A DNA stretch of 64,000 nucleotides, taken from NCBI GenBank assembly GCA_963820525.1, contig CAWGAA010000001.1, positions 2,848,001 through 2,912,000 on the forward strand, in the 5' to 3' direction. The notes under the pieces are model-generated. The model ran no database searches. It was not told the DNA's origin and was given only the letters and a program-made list of their open reading frames with translations. Numbering within the stretch: the stretch's first letter is position 1; every line of letters begins with the position of its first letter. Made by a program: the position numbers and the translations under genes. Source of the stretch: an uncultured Spirochaetota bacterium. GTDB taxonomy: Bacteria > Spirochaetota > Spirochaetia > SZUA-6 > Fen-1364. Below are positions 45,401 to 54,663 of the stretch, one piece after another.

Positions 45401-46771
45401 ATGTCCGATATCATTCTTGAAATGCTGGTCATCCTGATGCTGATCGTCCTGAATGGATTTTTCGCCATGGCCGAGATCGCAATCGTCTCGGCTCGAAAGA
45501 CCCGGTTCCAGCAGCTGGCCCAGGAGGGTGACGCCCGGGCGCGGACCGTTCTCCAGCTCACCGGAGACCCTCCGCGATTTCTCTCCACCGTTCAGACCGG
45601 CATCACTCTCATCGGCATTTTCATAGGGGCCTTTGGCGGAACCACCGTCGCAGCCAAGCTCTCGCATGCGATAGCAGGAGTGCCATTTCTGGCCGCTTAT
45701 TCCACCGCCATCGCGGTGACGGTGGTCGTTCTCATCATCACTTTCTTTACGATCATCCTTGGGGAGCTCATTCCCAAGCAGATCGGCTTGTTGAACTCTG
45801 AAAGGATCGCGCTGGCGGTGGCGCGGACCATGCGCCTGCTCTCCGCGGCGCTCTTCCCCATCGTCCGCGTGCTCTCCGTTTCCTCCCGCGCAGTCCTGTC
45901 CGTCTTCGGGCTTCCCCTCTCCCGCCCGCAGCCCGTCTCCGAGGAGGAGATCAAGGTTATGATAGACCAGGGAATCGAGCACGGGATGTTCCAGGAGGCG
46001 GAGCGGGACATGATCGAGGGGGTCTTCACCCTCGGGGACAAGAGGGTGAACGAGCTCATGACCCCGCGGACCGACATCGTGTGGCTCGACGTGGAGAACC
46101 CGCTGGATGAGCGCAACAAGAGGATCAGGGACAGCGGCCATTCCCGGTTCCCCGTCTGCCGGGGCGGGCTGGACACGGTGCTGGGAGTCGTGCGCGCCAA
46201 GGATATCCTCAACTGCCTGCTCGTCGAGGAGGTGTGCGACCTGACGGGATGGATGCAGCCGCCCCTCTACGTTCCAGAGAATGCGCTGGCGCTTAAGGCG
46301 CTGGAAACCTTCAAGAAGGCCCGCCAGCATGTGGCGCTTGCGGTGGACGAATACGGAGTCGTGCAGGGTCTCATCACCATCTACGACATCCTGGAGGCCA
46401 TCGTGGGAGACATTCCTTCCGTTGACGAGGTGGACGAGCCCATGGCCGTCAAGCGTGCCGACGGCTCCTGGCTTCTCGACGGCCTTCTCCCCCTTGACCG
46501 CTTCAAGGAGATCTTCGAGCTGGGGGAGCTTCCCGAGGAGGGCTCCTACCAGACGCTGGGCGGGTTCATCATGATGCAGCTCGGCCGCGTCCCGAGCCCC
46601 GCCGATTTTGTGGACTGGGGGGGCCTGCGGATGGAAGTGGTCGACATGGAAGGAAACCGCGTGCAGAAGGTGCTCGCTTCACCGAAGCTGCCCGGCGGCT
46701 CCACTTCCGGCTCAGCTGCCGGGGCGGCCGCCGCCCGCGGAGGCAGGAACCCGCCGAAGGATCCCGCCTGA
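45401..46771 (+). CDS. Hemolysin/CNNM family protein (DUF21-CBS-CorC)
   Basis: NGFFAMAEIAIVSAR, GELIPKQI, MTPRTDI, VDEYG, TLGGF. Confidence 0.92.
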   Translation: MSDIILEMLVILMLIVLNGFFAMAEIAIVSARKTRFQQLAQEGDARARTVLQLTGDPPRFLSTVQTGITLIGIFIGAFGGTTVAAKLSHAIAGVPFLAAYSTAIAVTVVVLIITFFTIILGELIPKQIGLLNSERIALAVARTMRLLSAALFPIVRVLSVSSRAVLSVFGLPLSRPQPVSEEEIKVMIDQGIEHGMFQEAERDMIEGVFTLGDKRVNELMTPRTDIVWLDVENPLDERNKRIRDSGHSRFPVCRGGLDTVLGVVRAKDILNCLLVEEVCDLTGWMQPPLYVPENALALKALETFKKARQHVALAVDEYGVVQGLITIYDILEAIVGDIPSVDEVDEPMAVKRADGSWLLDGLLPLDRFKEIFELGELPEEGSYQTLGGFIMMQLGRVPSPADFVDWGGLRMEVVDMEGNRVQKVLASPKLPGGSTSGSAAGAAAARGGRNPPKDPA

Positions 46772-46817
46772 TCGTCGGGTGACAGGGTCGATTCCCGCCG
46801 GTGTTTGAATTGACGAC

Positions 46818-47465
46818 ATGATAAAGAACCGGGCTCTCGTGCTCTTTTTCTGCGTCCTTTTCGCGTCTTCCCTGTGGGCCGAAACCACTCTCTGCTACCG
46901 CGTGAAGGTTGAGGGAAAAACAAGCACGCTCGAGAGGAAAGTCGAAAGAACCGAATACGGTTTTCACGTGGTGGATGGGAAGAGCTCCTACGAATTGGAT
47001 CGGCAGTATTCGACGCTTCGCTGGGAAAGCGAGGACCCGGCGACGAATACCGCGATCCGCGCCGAGAAATTCGGCGAGACCATTATTGTGAGCGGGACGG
47101 TTCACGGCAAGCCGATGGACATGCGATTCGAAACAAAGGGGCTGCCATGGTACGAATGCTGGCAGGTGAGCCTGACGGGACTTATCCATTCCAAAGAGCG
47201 AAGGCTGTCGTTCTTCACGATCCGCCCCGATCTCAAGGAATTCGTGATGGAAGCCTCCCGTGAGCCGGCTCAGACGGTGAGCGTGGGCGACACCCAGGCG
47301 CAGGCGGTGAAAGTCACCGTCAATCCAGCGGGGGTCCCCGCCCTTTTTTGGAGCGCGTGTCTATGGTTCGATCCGGACGCCGAGCCAGTTCTCCTGCGCT
47401 ACGAGTGTCCGACGGGCGGACCCGGGGCGCCTCTCATGGTTGAGGAGCTTTCGACCCGGATGTAG
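46818..47465 (+). CDS. Secreted hypothetical beta-rich protein
   Basis: Sec signal peptide (SLWA), alternating beta-strand pattern, LLRYE..GGPGAP terminus. Confidence 0.6.
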   Translation: MIKNRALVLFFCVLFASSLWAETTLCYRVKVEGKTSTLERKVERTEYGFHVVDGKSSYELDRQYSTLRWESEDPATNTAIRAEKFGETIIVSGTVHGKPMDMRFETKGLPWYECWQVSLTGLIHSKERRLSFFTIRPDLKEFVMEASREPAQTVSVGDTQAQAVKVTVNPAGVPALFWSACLWFDPDAEPVLLRYECPTGGPGAPLMVEELSTRM

Positions 47466-47481
47466 GCGAATTGCCGGCCTC

Positions 47482-48215
47482 TCAATAGGCGGGGCTCAGC
47501 TTCAGCGAGTTTAAAAGCAGGTTGATCTGGGATATCTCGAAGAGGGCTCCGCAGGATTCGAACTGGACCAGGGCTTTCTCGAGAAGCGCGATTGCGAGGC
47601 CAGGCCTGCTTTCAGCAAGGCATTGGCCGTAGTGGTAATGGAGCAGCCCGAACTCGTAGGGTTGCCCTGCGGTCTCGAAGAATGTGCGGCCCTTCTCGTA
47701 CCAGCGGCGGGCCTCATCCGGATTCTTCTTGATGTGCCAGGTGTAGAGCATTCCCAGCTTGAAAAAGGGGCCTTCGTAACACTCATATACCCCCGCCAGC
47801 GAACTGCACTTGGCGTAAAGCCTATCTATCTTGCGCAGAATCCGTCGGTCGTACGAGTGGGAGAGTATCAGCTCTTCGAGGTAGAAAGGGTAGATGCGAG
47901 AGATGAGCAATTGATGGACTTGGCGTGTCTTACGTATAGTTAGCAGAGCATCTTCAGCAATCGGCTCCGCATCACGGAAACGACCAAGGCGGCAGAGCGC
48001 TTTGAAAATGAAGAGGCGGACGGTCTGGGTTGTGCATTGCGCAACATCGATCCTTTTTCAATCACATCTTTCGCCATCGATTCCAGCTCTTGGAATTTTC
48101 CGAAGAACTCGAAGATCTGTGCAGCGCAGTTGGAAATTTCCTGCAGAAGTCCGGCAGTTCCGTTCTTCGCCAAAAGGCCGAGTGCATTTCGAGCATCATC
48201 GAGGCTGTTTGAACG
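47482..48215 (-). pseudogene. Fragments of a TPR-like helical-repeat protein
   Basis: Two discontinuous frames (about 48215-48030 and 47910-47482) with TPR-like helices, ending LEKALVQFESCGALFE; no convincing start; lower GC. Confidence 0.5.
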
Positions 48216-48219
48216 AAGA

Positions 48220-48760
48220 CCGCCAAGAGCACCCGGGCCGCCTTCTTGAGCGGCTCACGGTCCACGCCGGAGTAGGAGACGCGATAGGTGGAGACCGATT
48301 GGGGGATGTTGTATGAAGGGACTTTATGCGCTGAGACATCCGCGGGGAAACTGAGGTGTACCGCCTGCCGATGCTCGCCAAGCGCCATTCTCAGGCTTCT
48401 GGTCATCATCTGAGGGAAGACAACCGGGTCGTACACCAGGGCGGAGAGGCCGCAGCACTTCTCGTAGATTTCCACCGTGTTCACGCCGAAGTCAGTGCTC
48501 TCTTGCACTGCCCCCTTGCCCGTGGTGTGAGTGGCGGGCTGGCCTGTAATGGCAAGCACGGGAGATCCATCTCTATGCGCATTTGCCACCCCCGTTACCA
48601 TGTTGGTTGCCCCCGGCCCCGCCGTGGACAGACAAACCCCGAGCTTGCCCGAAAGGCGGGCGTACATGTCGGCCATGAAGGCGGCGCCGGTCTCCTGGCG
48701 CGCCATGATGAACTTCACCCGCTCGTGCTTGTACAGCGCCTCCAGGAGATAAGAGTTCAC
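48220..48760 (-). pseudogene. Truncated thiamine-pyrophosphate enzyme (acetolactate-synthase-like N-terminal domain only)
   Basis: RQETGAAFMADMYAR, TAGPGATN, ITGQ, VHLSFPADV; lacks the first ~30 aa and the central and C-terminal domains. Confidence 0.8.
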
Positions 48761-48817
48761 TTTTTACAGATTATGGTCTGATTATGGGGTGGTTTTCTCC
48801 ATCTGTCAAATCATTTA

Positions 48818-49972
48818 CTAGCCCACCGAACGTCGGAGGATATCAGCCTTTTCCGTCTTCTCCCAGGTGAAATCGGGGTCTTCCCGGCCGAAATGGCCGT
48901 AGACGGCGGTCTTCTGGTATATGGGCCTGCGGAGATCCAGCCGGGAGATGATCTGGGCAAGGGTAAGGGGGAAATGCTCCCTGATCAATCCCTCGATTCG
49001 CCTGCCATCCAGCCGCCCTGTCCCGAAGGTTTCCACCCCCACGCTGAGGGGCTCCGGCATCCCGATGGCGAAGGCAAGCCATACCTCGCACTTTGCTGCA
49101 AGTCCTGCGGCAACGATATTCTTGGCGATGTGGCGGCAGAGGTATGCTCCCGACCTGTCCACCTTGGTGGGGTCTTTGCCCGAGAACGAGCCGCCGCCGT
49201 GGCGTGCCATGCCGCCGTAGGTGTCGGCGATGATCTTCCGCCCCGTGAGGCCCGTGTCCGCCTCCGGCCCTCCCACAACGAAGCTCCCCGTGGCGTTGAT
49301 CAGGGTCTGGACGGTGCCGTCGTAGTACTCGCCGCAGACCGGCTTGATCACCTTCTCTATTATCTCCCCGCGAAGCCGGTTCTCCGCGATGCTTCGCTCG
49401 TGCTGTTGGGCGATAACGACATGGGTGAGCCTGACCGGCTTCCCTCCCTCATAGGCCACCGTTACTTGGGATTTCCCGTCCGGGCCGAGCCCGGGAATGA
49501 GCCGCTCCTTTCGAACCTCAGCCAGGCGCATGCACAGGCGGTGGGCGATCATGATGGGAAGAGGCATGAGCTGGGGTGTCTCGTCGCATGCATAGCCGAA
49601 CATCATCCCCTGGTCTCCGGCGCCCAGCGGTTTGCCGGCCTGGCTGTCCACGCCGTCTGCGATCTCGGGGCTCTGCTCGTGGATGGAGACCCACACCCCC
49701 GCGTCGTGACAATCGATGCCGAACTCAGGGTTGGTGTAGCCGATGCGCTCCAGCACCTCCCGGGCGATCCTGTTCACGTCGGCAAAGCCACCGGTGGTCA
49801 CCTCCCCTGCAACGTGAACGGTTCCCGTGGTCACCATGCACTCCACCGCCACGCGGGACTGTGGATCCTGGGCTATGAGGGAGTCCAGCACGGCGTCCGC
49901 GATCTGGTCGCAGATCTTGTCCGGATGGCCTTCCGTGACGGACTCCGAAGTAAAGGTGAAGTCCTCAGGCAT
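48818..49972 (-). CDS. metK: S-adenosylmethionine synthetase
   Basis: FTSESVTEGHPDK, GAGDQG, DGKSQVT, GLTGRKII, SGKDPTKVDRS. Confidence 0.97.
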   Translation of the reverse strand: MPEDFTFTSESVTEGHPDKICDQIADAVLDSLIAQDPQSRVAVECMVTTGTVHVAGEVTTGGFADVNRIAREVLERIGYTNPEFGIDCHDAGVWVSIHEQSPEIADGVDSQAGKPLGAGDQGMMFGYACDETPQLMPLPIMIAHRLCMRLAEVRKERLIPGLGPDGKSQVTVAYEGGKPVRLTHVVIAQQHERSIAENRLRGEIIEKVIKPVCGEYYDGTVQTLINATGSFVVGGPEADTGLTGRKIIADTYGGMARHGGGSFSGKDPTKVDRSGAYLCRHIAKNIVAAGLAAKCEVWLAFAIGMPEPLSVGVETFGTGRLDGRRIEGLIREHFPLTLAQIISRLDLRRPIYQKTAVYGHFGREDPDFTWEKTEKADILRRSVG

Positions 49973-49983
49973 CGAATGTCCTT

Positions 49984-50631
49984 TCAGGAGGCCGTTTTCG
50001 GGAATGGGATCCCGGCGGCCTTCATGGCGTGCTCCAGCTTGCTCATTTCATCGGCCTCCAGGGGAGCTGCTTTTCGCAGGAGCCTCGTGATCCGCGTCAG
50101 CTCCTCCAGCGTTCCGTCCTCCAGAAGCTCCACCTCCACGCAGTACAGGAGGCCGGGGAGCCTCACTTCGTCGAGGCTGAGCTCGAAGAGGGGTCGAGCC
50201 ATGGGGTCTTTTCCACGCGCTATCCTTCGCTTCCACCTGGTCTGGCGGAGCTCGCACAGCGCGCCGAGAAGCACTCCCCGCCCGATCCGCGTCGCCAGCT
50301 CCCGCGTGGGACCCATCGGCCACAGCTCGGGGTGGACAGCAATGGTTGGATTGTCGATGCGCTCCTCGCACTCGATGCGAACGTACACGTCGCTTTTCCC
50401 TCTGACAAGCGATTTGAGGCCGATGAAGTACTCGGAGCCTTCCAGCTCGCGAAGCCGGCATGCGTAACCGGCCTGGAGGTACATCCTGTCCCGGGTATCG
50501 AGGTAGGTGTCCCGAACTTCCTGGCGTCCGGCGGCCTTCACGTTGAACTCTCCCAGGGAGGTGAGCCCCTGGAGAGAGTGGAAAGCAAGAATGTCGCGTA
50601 CAATGAACTTCGCCTCGGTCTCCGTGGACAT
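49984..50631 (-). CDS. CYTH domain (triphosphate tunnel) protein
   Basis: ETEAKF (ExExK), DTYLDT, RLRE, ELSLDEV, VEVEL, SKLE. Confidence 0.85.
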   Translation of the reverse strand: MSTETEAKFIVRDILAFHSLQGLTSLGEFNVKAAGRQEVRDTYLDTRDRMYLQAGYACRLRELEGSEYFIGLKSLVRGKSDVYVRIECEERIDNPTIAVHPELWPMGPTRELATRIGRGVLLGALCELRQTRWKRRIARGKDPMARPLFELSLDEVRLPGLLYCVEVELLEDGTLEELTRITRLLRKAAPLEADEMSKLEHAMKAAGIPFPKTAS

Positions 50632-50644
50632 GCCGCTCCTCGCT

Positions 50645-51658
50645 CTAACCGATGTCGGCGGGGCCGGAAAGTGCGCGTGTAAGAAGCTTTATAGCGCCCA
50701 TGACATCCGAGAAGTCGATGAGCTCCGAAGGTGTATGGACATTACGGCAGGGGATTGAAATGCAGCCTGCCGGCACGCCGGAGCGCGAGGTCTGGATGGC
50801 GCGCGCGTCGGTTGTCCCGGTCTCGAGGACTTCCAGCTGATAGGGAATCGCCGCCTGCTCCGCGGTTCTCACCAGCCAGTTCTTCACTCCGAGATGGGAG
50901 AGCATGCCCCCATCCTTCACCTTGATCGCGGGCCCTGCTCCGAGGCTCACTGCCATGGGCGGAGACTCCGGGGTGTCGCCGGTGTCCGTGACGTCGACCG
51001 CGATGGCGATCTCGGGATCCACGCCGTAGCCGGACGTCGTGGCTCCTCTCAGCCCCACCTCCTCCTGCACGGTGAAGACGAAGGAGATCTCATGGGGCGA
51101 ACCTGAAAGCCCGCGGAGAGTCTCGATGAGGACGGCGCACCCGATGCGGTCGTCCATCGCCTTGGAGGTCATGCGGTCTCCCACGGCCTCGAAGCCTCGA
51201 AGAAAGCAGGCGGTGTCTCCGACTTTGACGGGGCAGGAAGCCTTGTCCTTTGCGCCGACGTCGATGAAGAACTTGTCCAGTCCGGGGACCTTTGCCTTGT
51301 CCTCGAGCTTCTCCAGGCCGATGACGCCAACCAAGCCGCTGGAAAAGAGGACCCTCCCCCCCAGCAGGCTCAGGGATCTGATCCCACCGAGGTCCCCAAT
51401 TCGGAGAAAACCCTTCTCATCAACGTGCGTGACCACCACCCCGATCTCGTCCATGTGCGCGGCCACCATCACGCGTCGGCCTTTTCCCCCGCCAGGAAGC
51501 CGAAGGATGAGATTGCCCAGGGGGTCGACCCGCAGCTCGGCCCCCGTGCGCTTTAAAACCCCCGTCTGCTCGATCTCCCGACGGATCAGCTCACGCACGG
51601 CGCCCTCGCTCCCGGACGGCCCGTATGCTTCGGTCAGCTTCTTGATGAGGTCTTTCAC
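50645..51658 (-). CDS. M42 (TET-like) aminopeptidase
   Basis: AHMDEIG, DDRIG, QEEVGLRGA, VDVT, GTTDA, VHT. Confidence 0.92.
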   Translation of the reverse strand: MKDLIKKLTEAYGPSGSEGAVRELIRREIEQTGVLKRTGAELRVDPLGNLILRLPGGGKGRRVMVAAHMDEIGVVVTHVDEKGFLRIGDLGGIRSLSLLGGRVLFSSGLVGVIGLEKLEDKAKVPGLDKFFIDVGAKDKASCPVKVGDTACFLRGFEAVGDRMTSKAMDDRIGCAVLIETLRGLSGSPHEISFVFTVQEEVGLRGATTSGYGVDPEIAIAVDVTDTGDTPESPPMAVSLGAGPAIKVKDGGMLSHLGVKNWLVRTAEQAAIPYQLEVLETGTTDARAIQTSRSGVPAGCISIPCRNVHTPSELIDFSDVMGAIKLLTRALSGPADIG

Positions 51659-52704
51659 GTGGCGCTCCTTGCGATCCCGGCCGCGGGCAGGCGCAAAAGC
51701 GCTTCACGAACCAGGGTGAGAGTGTTTTGGAAATCGGCGAGGTTCATGATTGCCGAAGGAGAGTGAATATAGCGGCATGGCACAGCCACGGTGACCGATG
51801 GCACACCTCCGCGGGATTTCGCGATTTCTCCGGCATCAGTTCCGCCGATGTTCGGCTGCTTGAACTGGTAGGGAAGGGTGAGCTCCTCCGCCGTGCGCGC
51901 CAGGAGGTCCACGAGCCGCCTGTCCGCGATGAACGAGCGGTCCATGACCGTGATGGCGGGGCCGAAGCCAAGCCGCGTTGACGGGTTGAGATCCTTTTTC
52001 ACGGGGATCTCATTGGCGCCCGTGCATTCGAGAACGAAAGCGAAATCCGCCGCTTCCGCGTATGCGGCTACGCGCGCCCCCCTCAGCCCGACCTCCTCCT
52101 GGACCGTGAAGGCTGCGGAAAGCTCGAAGGGGAAGCGGGCGGCAAGAAGCTCGACAAGAATCGCGCAGCCCGCCCGGTCATCGAGGGCTTTTCCCTGGAT
52201 CGCCCGCCATTCCCCGGTTCCGGAAAGCTCCAGGAACTCGGAGGCGAACACGGCGTAGTCTCCGCGCTGCACGAGCCTCTCCGCCTCAGCCTTGCTCGAA
52301 GCGCCGATGTCGATGGCGAGCTGTTTTGAAGCCACCACCTGGTCCCTTTCCCCTTTTTCAATGAGGTGCACGGGCTTGAAGGCAATGACTCCCGGAACCC
52401 GCTTGTCTCCGATCAGGACCGCCTTGCCCGCAAGGATGCGGTCGTCGATTCCACCCACCTTGGAGAAGCGAAGCTGCCCGCCGTCCTCGACCTGGCTCAC
52501 CATGAGCCCGATCTCGTCCATATGAGCCGCCACGAGCACGCGAAGAGCGGACTTTCCCGTTCCCCGCTTTCTCGCGATGAGGTTGCCCATGGCGTCGATG
52601 CGGCACTCGTCCACGCGGCCCTTGATGGCCTCCAGGATGACACCGCGCGCCTCCTCCTCGTGGCCGGAGACTCCGAACGCCTCGGACAGCCTCTTCAGCA
52701 TCAT
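51655..52704 (-). CDS. M42 (TET-like) aminopeptidase
   Basis: AHMDEIG, DDRAG, QEEVGLRGA, LECT, GGTDA, YIHS. Confidence 0.92.
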   Translation of the reverse strand: MMLKRLSEAFGVSGHEEEARGVILEAIKGRVDECRIDAMGNLIARKRGTGKSALRVLVAAHMDEIGLMVSQVEDGGQLRFSKVGGIDDRILAGKAVLIGDKRVPGVIAFKPVHLIEKGERDQVVASKQLAIDIGASSKAEAERLVQRGDYAVFASEFLELSGTGEWRAIQGKALDDRAGCAILVELLAARFPFELSAAFTVQEEVGLRGARVAAYAEAADFAFVLECTGANEIPVKKDLNPSTRLGFGPAITVMDRSFIADRRLVDLLARTAEELTLPYQFKQPNIGGTDAGEIAKSRGGVPSVTVAVPCRYIHSPSAIMNLADFQNTLTLVREALLRLPAAGIARSAT

Positions 52705-53808
52705 GGCGTGCCCTTCTCCCTGCCGCTCTTGGGCGCGAGGGCATCCGCGACGGCGAGCGATTCGGAAAAAGCGGAGTCCAGACGCGTGATGAGCTCCGCA
52801 AGGAGCTTACCCGCGCGCTCGATGTCGCGCAGGGCAATGGTTTCAACCGCCGTGTGCATATTCCTCACCGGGATGCCGACAAGCCCCGTGGGGATCCCCG
52901 ACCTGCTCACCTGGATTGCCCAGGCATCGGTTGCCGAGTTTCCGGGAATGGGCTCGAGCTGGTAGGGAAGCTCGCCGGACTTGGCCGCCTCGACGAGGCG
53001 GTCGAACACGCGGGGATGTATGTTGGGGCCGAGGGAGATGGTGGGCACCTCCATCCATCTTCGCCGCCTCGGGTCCGGCGACGCCGGGCTGTTGGCCGAA
53101 GGTCACGTCCACCGCGACGGCCACCGTGGGCTCGAGATGGAAGGCGCCGGTGACGGCGCCCACTCCCGTTACCTCTTCCTGCACGGTGGCGACGGCATAC
53201 ACGTCCCAGGAGTGCCTCCGGCGGCCGAGCTCCTCCATGCAGAAAAGGACCGCCGTAATGCCTGCCCGATCGTCCAGGGACTTGGAGAACGCGAATCCCC
53301 CGGCAAGGGCGGTGTAGCGCGCCCGCAGCGTGATGACGTCTCCAACCTTCACCAGGGAATCCACGTCCGAGGGTGGGAGGCCGATGTCCACGAAGAGCTT
53401 GTCGGGGGGCACGGGCTTCTCGCGCTCCGCGGCCTCCGTGAAATGGGGAGGAACGCTCACGATCAGGCCGGGAAGCTCCCGCCGCCCATGGACCGTTACT
53501 GCCTGGCCCAGGAGGATCCTCGGATCGAAGCCGCCGATGGGGGAGATCCTGATGAATCCCTTTTCGATGAACGAGACCATGAGGGCTATCTCGTCCATGT
53601 GGGCGGCCAGCATCACGGAAGGCCGTCTTTCATCGCCTGAAGCGTGGCCCTCGCCCCGCTTGAGAGCGATGAGGTTTCCCATGGCATCGATTCGGATTTC
53701 ATCGGAGAAAGCGGAGAGCCTCTCCGCGACAAGCTCGCGGACCTCCGTCTCGTAGCCGGAGGGACCCCGGGCTTCCGTGAGCTCCTTCAGGACCTCGGCG
53801 ATGTCCAT
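52701..53808 (-). pseudogene. M42 aminopeptidase split by a single-base frameshift (or sequencing error)
   Basis: N-part AHMDE, DDRAG, QEEV, VDVT; C-part PTISLGPNIHP..TDA..NMHT in another frame; one extra base near 53046. Confidence 0.85.
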
Positions 53809-53908
53809 CGAGAAAGGATACCATCGGCCGGCCGGAGAGGGAAAGAGGCCGTCGTAAGGCGGGCCGGGTCCGCTTCACGGGAGTTTCTCGAACGCGCCCT
53901 CGACCGCT

Positions 53909-54536
53909 TCAGGCGTGTTTGTCGGATACCCCGGCGGCCGCCTGCCGTCCCGCGGCGTGAGACCTGATAGAGCGGACCACGCTGTCTTCTTCATTGGATG
54001 CGATGATCTCGTTCGCGAGGCTCTTGATGCTGTCTTTCGCGTTGGCGGTCGCGATTCCGAGATCCGCCATCGCGATCATGCCCGCATCGTTCACGTCGTC
54101 CCCGAAGACGACGAGCCGTGAGCGTTCAAGGCCGCGCCGCTCGATGACGGTAAAGCAGACCATCCGGTTGGAGGGCTCGCGCAGCACGGCGTCGAGGTCA
54201 CCCACTTTTCGAAGCCGCTCGTCGCGGTAGATCCGGCGCTCCTCGCGGTAGGCCTTCATCCCGTCGTTTGCGATCCGCTCGTGATACACCAGATCGCGCT
54301 CGCCCGTGCCCGTTCGATAATCCGAAACAAAGGCGCCGTTTCCTTCCACCACGGGAAGGCGGGAAGGGAATGTCGCCCAGGAGCGGCTTCATCGAGGCAA
54401 TGCTTCGCGCGCTCGCCACGGTGATCTGCACCCCTTCCTCCAGCAAAGCGATGAGCTCGCGGCGCGAATAGTCGGAAAGCGACGCGTCGTTTCGAAGGAG
54501 TGTGCCGTCGAGGTCGGATATATAGAGCGTATCCAT
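53909..54536 (-). pseudogene. Degraded Cof-type HAD hydrolase
   Basis: SDLDGTLL, ASAR, frameshift near 54361, NGA, FGDDVND; total length short and motif-III lysine region not visible. Confidence 0.8.
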
Positions 54537-54603
54537 GGGGTGGCTAGACAGTAGCCATGCGCGCCGGCAATGGCAAGCTCCACATCGACGGTGAACGCGG
54601 CAG

Positions 54604-54634
54604 AAAAAAACGCCCGCCGGATTCACGGCGGGCG
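54604..54634 (-). terminator. Rho-independent terminator
   Basis: 9-bp stem CGCCCGCCG/CGGCGGGCG with 6-nt loop and T7 on the minus strand, 30 nt after the stop at 54664. Confidence 0.85.
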
Positions 54635-54663
54635 CTGAAAGCGAAGATAAGGGGAGCGAGCGG

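Noticed and set aside
45401..46771. Hemolysin as a virulence factor
   Set aside because: The architecture is the CNNM/CorC Mg-transport type, a common housekeeping family
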